Shown here: one piece after another, positions 58,120 to 64,000 of the stretch
How positions within the stretch are numbered: the first letter of the stretch is position 1
How the letters are laid out: every line of letters begins with the position of its first letter
Assembly (NCBI GenBank): GCA_963712115.1
Contig: CAVQGX010000018.1
Coordinates: forward strand, 32,001-96,000
DNA length: 64,000 nucleotides
Direction of reading: 5' to 3'
Origin: an uncultured delta proteobacterium
GTDB lineage: Bacteria > Desulfobacterota > Syntrophobacteria > BM002
Program-made: the position numbers and the translations under genes
The notes under the pieces: model-generated
Database searches by the model: none
Seen by the model: the letters and a program-made list of their open reading frames with translations, nothing else
What the model was told of the DNA's origin: nothing

Positions 58120-60006
58120 CTACTCCTCGCTGTCATCCGCGGGTTCGTCAAAACGAAACTTGATCTCGTAGATCCCGTCTTCCAGACTTTTGTGGATTAC
58201 ATAGCCAGTTTTACGAAATACTCGGAGCATTTTCCGATTGGCTGCCAGGACGTATGCCATGAACCCGGTAACTCCTTTGCTTCGGGCGATTTCGGTCAAA
58301 TAGCAAACCAGGAATGTTCCGATGCCCTTGTGCTGCAATTCCGACCTCACGGCAAAATCTACCTCGGCGAAATTAGATTCTTGATCTAAGATGTAACGTC
58401 CCACCGAGATTATCTTTTCAGAGCCGATATCCCCCACAACACCAATAATGGTCATCTCATTTTCGTAATCGATATTTGCCATGGCCTGGGTGTCTCGATG
58501 GGGAAAAACCCTCATACTCGAAAGAAATCGATAGTAGATGTCTTCATCGGGAAGCGAGTAAAAGAATTCCTGCAGGGCTCTTTCATCGGTAGGCTTAATT
58601 GGACGGAAGAGGACTTCAAAATCAGAGTCGAAAGCCTGGTATCTTTCCCATTCTTCCGGATAGAACTGGCCAAGGGGAGAGGAGATAATTTGGTCGTCGT
58701 ACACATAGCGAATTTGTTTCGCTTGCTCCAGCAGTTGTTCGCGAAATCTCGGATGGGCAATATTAATTAGACTTAACGCCCTTTCCCTGAGAGTTTTGCC
58801 GTGCAGATTGGCAATGCCAAACTCTGTGACCACGTACTGAGCGGAAGCTCTGGTACCAACAACGCCGGCACCGAGACTGAGGTGGGAGACTATCCGAGAC
58901 TTTTTCCCATCGGAGCTGGTGCTCGGCAGCACAATGATGGACTTTCCACCTGGGGACCGTGATGCCCCTACGCTGAACTCCACATATCCTCCAAAGCCGC
59001 TATATACCTTATGCCCCAGGGAGTCAGCGCAGACCTGTCCGGAAAGATCTACCTGCAAAGCTGAATTAATTGCCGTCATTCCATGGTTTTTGCTGATGAT
59101 CTCGGGATGATTGACATAATCGCTTGGATAGAATTCAACTTGGGGATTGTTATGAACGAAATCGAATAGCTTGCGCGTGCCCAGACAAAAACTTGCTATT
59201 ATTTTGTCTTGGTGAATGGACTTTTTCTTACCGGTTATTACGCCTTTTTCTACCAAGGGCAGATAGGCGTCGGTAATCATTTCTGAATGTACACCAAGGT
59301 CTCTCTTGTCTGTCAGATGTGAGAGAACTGCAGTCAAAATGCGACCGATACCTACCTGGATGGTTGAGCCGTCCTCGACCAGTTTAGCCACATATATTGC
59401 CATCCTCTCAGCAATGGCTCGACGCTCAGGTATGGCAATCTCGATGAGTGGTTCGCTGTGCTCAACGATGGCATCCAACTCAGTAACGTGAATAAAACTG
59501 TCACCTAATACTCGAGGCATCCTAGGATTTATCTGTGCCACCACATGACGACCACACTCGACTGCAGCCTTGACCACGTCCACAGAAACCCCCAAGCTAC
59601 AAAATCCGTGCTCGTCTGGAGGAGATACCTGGATAATGGTAAGATCGAGATTGAGCACTCCACTTTTGAAAAGGTTTGGTGCTTGCGAGAGATAAACCGG
59701 GATGTAATCCGCTCGTCCCTCGAACACGGCCTCCCGTAAGGTGTCGGTAACGAAGAAAGTCTTAACCCGGCAGGCACGCAGCAGTCTTTCTTGGATAAAG
59801 GGACTCGGGCCAAAGGCGATGAAGTAGATTATCTCCACATCCACATACTGACCCAGGCGGGAAGCCAAAACCTGCACCAGGTGTTGAGGAGTGCTGCAAC
59901 CGCTACCAATAAATATCCTGCTGCCGTTCTTAAGACAGTGGGCGAGAGCGTCGGAAGCAGTTGTGAGCTTGCTCTGGTAGAGGTGCTGCCAGTTTGCCTT
60001 ATACAT
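58120..60006 (-). CDS. Acetyl-CoA hydrolase/CoA-transferase fused to a GNAT domain
   Basis: SPPDEHGFCSLG, DLGVHSEM, INSALQVDLSGQ, VVTEFGIA; C-terminal RPIKPTD...GIGT...N.KML. Confidence 0.92.
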   Translation of the reverse strand: MYKANWQHLYQSKLTTASDALAHCLKNGSRIFIGSGCSTPQHLVQVLASRLGQYVDVEIIYFIAFGPSPFIQERLLRACRVKTFFVTDTLREAVFEGRADYIPVYLSQAPNLFKSGVLNLDLTIIQVSPPDEHGFCSLGVSVDVVKAAVECGRHVVAQINPRMPRVLGDSFIHVTELDAIVEHSEPLIEIAIPERRAIAERMAIYVAKLVEDGSTIQVGIGRILTAVLSHLTDKRDLGVHSEMITDAYLPLVEKGVITGKKKSIHQDKIIASFCLGTRKLFDFVHNNPQVEFYPSDYVNHPEIISKNHGMTAINSALQVDLSGQVCADSLGHKVYSGFGGYVEFSVGASRSPGGKSIIVLPSTSSDGKKSRIVSHLSLGAGVVGTRASAQYVVTEFGIANLHGKTLRERALSLINIAHPRFREQLLEQAKQIRYVYDDQIISSPLGQFYPEEWERYQAFDSDFEVLFRPIKPTDERALQEFFYSLPDEDIYYRFLSSMRVFPHRDTQAMANIDYENEMTIIGVVGDIGSEKIISVGRYILDQESNFAEVDFAVRSELQHKGIGTFLVCYLTEIARSKGVTGFMAYVLAANRKMLRVFRKTGYVIHKSLEDGIYEIKFRFDEPADDSEE

Positions 60007-60221
60007 CTCTTGCTTTACCTATCCATTAAAGTAAATTGTCTTCACCCATTGAAACTGAAATTGAATAGACTCGTTCACGGGATTATATGGTTGGTTACAA
60101 TACTGTTCAAGGGGTAGTTGATCAAAGGTTTCTCTTGACAACTATAGAGGCTCAATTTTTAATGAAAAAACTTTGCCTAGCCCAGATATTTCCGCTTTTT
60201 TGATGCAAAGGAGGATAATTT

Positions 60222-61157
60222 ATGAGTAGCCGAGGACTGGTTTTCCTTTTTCCTGGACAAGGGTCACAATATGTTGGCATGGGAAAAGCCTTCTATGACG
60301 AGTATCAAGAAGTCCGGGACCTCTTTTCCCGGGCCAACAAGGTCCTCGAGATGGACGTGGAACAGCTCTGCTTCGAGGGCCCGGAAGATGAACTGCTGCT
60401 CACCCATAATGTCCAACCTGCAATCACCCTGATAAACATGGCATGCTCAATGGTTCTCACGCTGCAAGGCGTGGAGGCTGCAGCAGCAGCCGGTCATAGT
60501 CTTGGAGAATACAGTGCCATTCATCTGGCTGGAATTATCGATGAAAGAACTGTGCTGGAGTTGGTGCGACTCAGGGGCCAGCTTATGCAGAAAGCAGCAG
60601 ATGAGCAACCAGGCGCTATGGCAGCTATTCTTAATCTGCCTGCGGAAAAGATTGATGAGGTTTGTGAGAGCTGTGACATTGAGATGGCCAATTATAACTC
60701 TCCGGGGCAAATAATTGTGAGCGGTGTCGAAGAAAGTGTTATTCGGGCAATGGAGATCTGCTCCGATGCTGGGGCGAAAAGATGTGTGCGGTTGAATGTG
60801 AGCGGTCCATGGCATAGTCGGTGTATGGTAACGGCCAGGGAGAAGTTTGAGCCTGAATTGGCGCAGTACATATTCCAGGATCCAATAATCCCCGTTGTGG
60901 CTAATGTGGATGGTGCCTACGTGCGAGACGGTAATAGTGCCAGAGAAAATCTTGCCCAGCAATTATGCGCCCCTGTTCTCTGGCAGCAATCAATTGAAAG
61001 GTTGATCAACGACGGGCATCAAAGGTTTGTTGAAGTTGGGCCCAAAAAGGTGCTAAGAGGCCTAATGCGGCAGATTGACCGCAATGTGGAGGTCTATAAC
61101 GTGGAGGATCCAGAGAGTCTGGAGGCATTTCTGAAAGCAGTGAGGGGAGAAGAGTAA
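60222..61157 (+). CDS. fabD: Malonyl CoA-ACP transacylase
   Basis: FPGQGSQ, GHSLGEY, NYNSPGQ, VSGPWHS. Confidence 0.95.
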   Translation: MSSRGLVFLFPGQGSQYVGMGKAFYDEYQEVRDLFSRANKVLEMDVEQLCFEGPEDELLLTHNVQPAITLINMACSMVLTLQGVEAAAAAGHSLGEYSAIHLAGIIDERTVLELVRLRGQLMQKAADEQPGAMAAILNLPAEKIDEVCESCDIEMANYNSPGQIIVSGVEESVIRAMEICSDAGAKRCVRLNVSGPWHSRCMVTAREKFEPELAQYIFQDPIIPVVANVDGAYVRDGNSARENLAQQLCAPVLWQQSIERLINDGHQRFVEVGPKKVLRGLMRQIDRNVEVYNVEDPESLEAFLKAVRGEE

Positions 61158-61356
61158 TCGGTCAGAGGACAGAAGACAGAAGACAGAAGGCAGCAGGCAG
61201 TCCAACTAGGCACTAGACACTATGCACTAAGCACTAACTCAATGAGAGAATAGCCCTGCGCCCTGAGCCTTATGCCTGGATGCTCACCGTTGAATGTTTT
61301 GGCTATTCGATCTGTTCTACGATTCGAGCTGGAAAGACTAGAGGAGGAAGATTAGC

Positions 61357-62178
61357 ATGAAGGACCAGCTTAATAAGGTAAACGAGAGTGTGGCTTTTCT
61401 CGAAAGAGAGACCGAACTTCGCCCACACATAGCCGTTGTGCTCGGGACTGGCCTGGGCGGGCTAGCCGATAAAATTGAAGCTGCTGCCGTGATTCCATAC
61501 AAGAACATACCAAATTTTCCCATTTCAACAGTATTAAGCCACGAGGGTCGTTTAATATTTGGCTCGTTGGGGGGTAAAACGATGGCGGCAATGCAGGGCC
61601 GTTTTCACTTTTACGAAGGCTACGAACCAAAGGAGATCACTTTTCCTATCCGGGTCATGGCGGCTATGGGGATAAAGACCTTGCTCATCTCTAATGCTGC
61701 TGGTGGACTTGATCTTTCTTTCCAGGCTGGTGACCTCATGCTCATAAGCGATCATATAAATCTCACCGGTCAAAATCCGCTGCGAGGCGATAACGTAGAT
61801 GAGTGGGGACCACGTTTCCCTGATATGACCGCACCGTACAATCGGGGACTCATTAACCTGGCTCGAAAGGCGGCAAAGGACCTGGACATCAAAATCCATA
61901 AGGGTGTTTACGTTGGTGTTCCAGGTCCGAGTATGGAAACCGCGGCAGAAACCCGTTTTCTTCGAATAATCGGGGCTGATGCTGTGGGAATGTCCACCAT
62001 CCCAGAGGTTATTGTTGCCGTACACGCAGGTCTCAGAGTTCTTGGGTTGTCAGTGATCACCAATGTGAATGATCCAGACAACTACCAGCCGGCTCCCCTT
62101 GAGCAGGTCATTGCCACGGCAAAAGGGGCGGAACCAAAGCTGGTGAGGTTGGTGGAGGAGATTCTTAGGCGGGTTTAG
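61357..62178 (+). CDS. punA: Purine nucleoside phosphorylase (trimeric type)
   Basis: VLGTGLG, QGRFHFYEG, NAAGG, GPSMET.AE, VGMST.PE. Confidence 0.92.
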   Translation: MKDQLNKVNESVAFLERETELRPHIAVVLGTGLGGLADKIEAAAVIPYKNIPNFPISTVLSHEGRLIFGSLGGKTMAAMQGRFHFYEGYEPKEITFPIRVMAAMGIKTLLISNAAGGLDLSFQAGDLMLISDHINLTGQNPLRGDNVDEWGPRFPDMTAPYNRGLINLARKAAKDLDIKIHKGVYVGVPGPSMETAAETRFLRIIGADAVGMSTIPEVIVAVHAGLRVLGLSVITNVNDPDNYQPAPLEQVIATAKGAEPKLVRLVEEILRRV

Positions 62179-62191
62179 GCGGGCAGGCAAT

Positions 62192-62247
62192 GAGTCACTT
62201 GCCTTCGGCGTCATTAGGTCACTACGCTCCGCTGTCATTTGTTGTAA
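62192..62247 (+). repeat. REP-like module A copy
   Basis: 56-bp match, 13 bp after the PNP stop. Confidence 0.92.
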
Positions 62248-62425
62248 TAGGTAGAAGAAAGAGGAGAGTCTAACTAGGGACTATGCACTTGGCACCCAAG
62301 AGTGATTACACTTCGCGCATGTGCGCTTCTTTGTCACTTGGGCTGCGCCCGTCATTAGGCCTGACGGCCGTCATTGGGGGGGGTGTGTCATCACAATGAA
62401 TGACAATAAATGACAGCTAAGCGTA

Positions 62426-63811
62426 ATGACGGCGAAGCCACATGACCTGATGGTATTTTCTAGAGCGGAGCCGAATAATATGAGGAACGCCGGAGAAAAC
62501 AGGACTCGGGTAGATTTAGTCATACACAATGCCAAGGTTCTTACCCTCAACGATTCGGATGATATCCTTAATCCGGGAGCTGTTGCCATCCGTAATGACG
62601 AAATAGTGTGGGTTGGCCCCGAAGACTCATGGCCCGGCCAATTTGAGCCGGGGGAGCGGCTGAATATGGCCGGCGGTTTGATAATGCCGGGTTTGATAAA
62701 CGCGCACACCCACGCTGCCATGACCTGTTTTCGAGGCCTGGCCGATGACCTGCCTCTTTCTGTGTGGCTGAATGAACACATTTTTCCTGCCGAGAGAAAG
62801 ATTAATGGGGAATTGGTCTACAAGGGAACTCTTCTGGCTTGTGCGGAAATGATTTTGAGCGGAACCACAACTTTCTGCGACATGTACTTATTTGAAGACC
62901 AAGTGGCGAAAGCTGCCCATGAAGCCGGCATGAGGGCCCTAGTAGGAGAAGTCCTTTACGACTTCCCATCTCCCAATTACGGACCGCCGGAAAATGGTTT
63001 ATCTTTCACCAAGGAACTGATTAATACCTGGGAAAAGGACCCCCTGGTCTCAGTTGCTGTAGAGCCCCACGCGGTTTACACGTGCTCTCCCGACTTGCTA
63101 AGAGCTTGTCATGACATAGCACTGGAATACGGGGTTCCCATGATTATCCACCTTGCGGAGTCGCAGGATGAAGTAGATCAGGTTAAGAACCTATACCGAA
63201 AGTCACCAGTAATGCACCTGGAAAAGCTGGGGCTTCTGGGGCCGCACCTTGTTGCCGACCACTGTGTTGTCCTTGAAGTTGAGGAGATGGACTTACTTGC
63301 CGAGAGAGGTGTAAAAGTTGTCCATAATCCCGAGAGTAATATGAAACTGGCTTCTGGTGTTGCACCAGCGGTTGAACTATTGGCTCGCGGTGTTGCAATG
63401 GGCCTGGGAACAGATGGCTGTGCCAGTAACAATAACTTGGACATGTTGGCGGAAATGGACACCGCCGCCAAACTACACAAGGTTTACAGACTTGATCCCA
63501 CTGTTATGGAGGCCAGGACGGTTACGCACTTAGCCGTCAGAGGAGGCTCCAGAGTCTTGGGTGTGGAAGACAAAGTGGGTTGCCTCGAGCCTGGCAAAAA
63601 GGCTGACATCATTGGTTTGGACCTGGATAAGCCCCACCTGACTCCACTTTATAATATATATTCTCATGTTGTTTACGCAGCATCCGCCGCTGACGTTACA
63701 CTGAGCATTATTAATGGCCGGGTAGTGATGCGAAATCGTGAATTACTCACCTTGGATGTGGAACGGGTCATGGCTGAGGTTCGAGCTATCGCGAAGCAGA
63801 TTAAGTCCTAG
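62426..63811 (+). CDS. mtaD: 5'-methylthioadenosine/S-adenosylhomocysteine deaminase family amidohydrolase
   Basis: NAHTH, RGLADDLPL..WL, PHAVYTC, HLAES, SNMKLASG, GTDGCASNN; start uncertain (62426/62480). Confidence 0.88.
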   Translation: MTAKPHDLMVFSRAEPNNMRNAGENRTRVDLVIHNAKVLTLNDSDDILNPGAVAIRNDEIVWVGPEDSWPGQFEPGERLNMAGGLIMPGLINAHTHAAMTCFRGLADDLPLSVWLNEHIFPAERKINGELVYKGTLLACAEMILSGTTTFCDMYLFEDQVAKAAHEAGMRALVGEVLYDFPSPNYGPPENGLSFTKELINTWEKDPLVSVAVEPHAVYTCSPDLLRACHDIALEYGVPMIIHLAESQDEVDQVKNLYRKSPVMHLEKLGLLGPHLVADHCVVLEVEEMDLLAERGVKVVHNPESNMKLASGVAPAVELLARGVAMGLGTDGCASNNNLDMLAEMDTAAKLHKVYRLDPTVMEARTVTHLAVRGGSRVLGVEDKVGCLEPGKKADIIGLDLDKPHLTPLYNIYSHVVYAASAADVTLSIINGRVVMRNRELLTLDVERVMAEVRAIAKQIKS

Positions 63812-63834
63812 CGCAAAGCGGTTCATCAAGCATG

Positions 63835-64000
63835 CAGCGGGCAGCAGAAGTCAGATGAGCAGAGGGCAGAGGACAGAGAGAAGATTTTAGATTGTAGATT
63901 GCGGATTTCGAATTTCGAATTTCGAAATTATTGAACTGCGATTTGAATGCTTTTTTCGATTTCAACGACTTGAACGACTTGCAACGCTTCTGAACGATCA
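63835..64000. repeat. Heptamer/nonamer array mosaic
   Basis: AGGACAG, GATTGCG, AATTTCG and TTGAACGAC modules. Confidence 0.72.

Overview
This looks like a chromosomal segment of an anaerobic deltaproteobacterium (Desulfobacterota-like, inferred from gene content). The backbone carries housekeeping and signalling genes: PAS kinases and response regulators, an sfsA fusion, tandem uvrA, phosphofructokinase, a GAF-PilB/GspE ATPase, ttcA, ridA, rubredoxin, rtcA, split pyruvate carboxylase, fabD, PNP and mtaD. Three non-housekeeping layers stand out. (1) A ~15.07-kb integrated phage-satellite-like element (24879-39951) is bounded by an 18-bp att repeat in the 3' end of pfk. It encodes a tyrosine integrase (frameshifted as assembled), Xis/RHH regulators, DnaB plus a replication initiator and a giant virion-ejection/polyvalent-like protein, but no recognisable capsid, terminase or tail genes. 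(2) Most larger host intergenic regions carry a modular repeat system of degenerate 7-, 8- and 9-mer tandem arrays, often as nested inverted arms, plus several longer dispersed REP/MITE families. (3) An IS110 element (40041-41195) has a readable bridge RNA whose guides match its own donor junction and the heptamer array it sits in, so it appears to be an RNA-guided recombinase aimed at the host repeat system. No rRNA, tRNA or CRISPR array was recognised. All calls come from manual reading; no searches were run.
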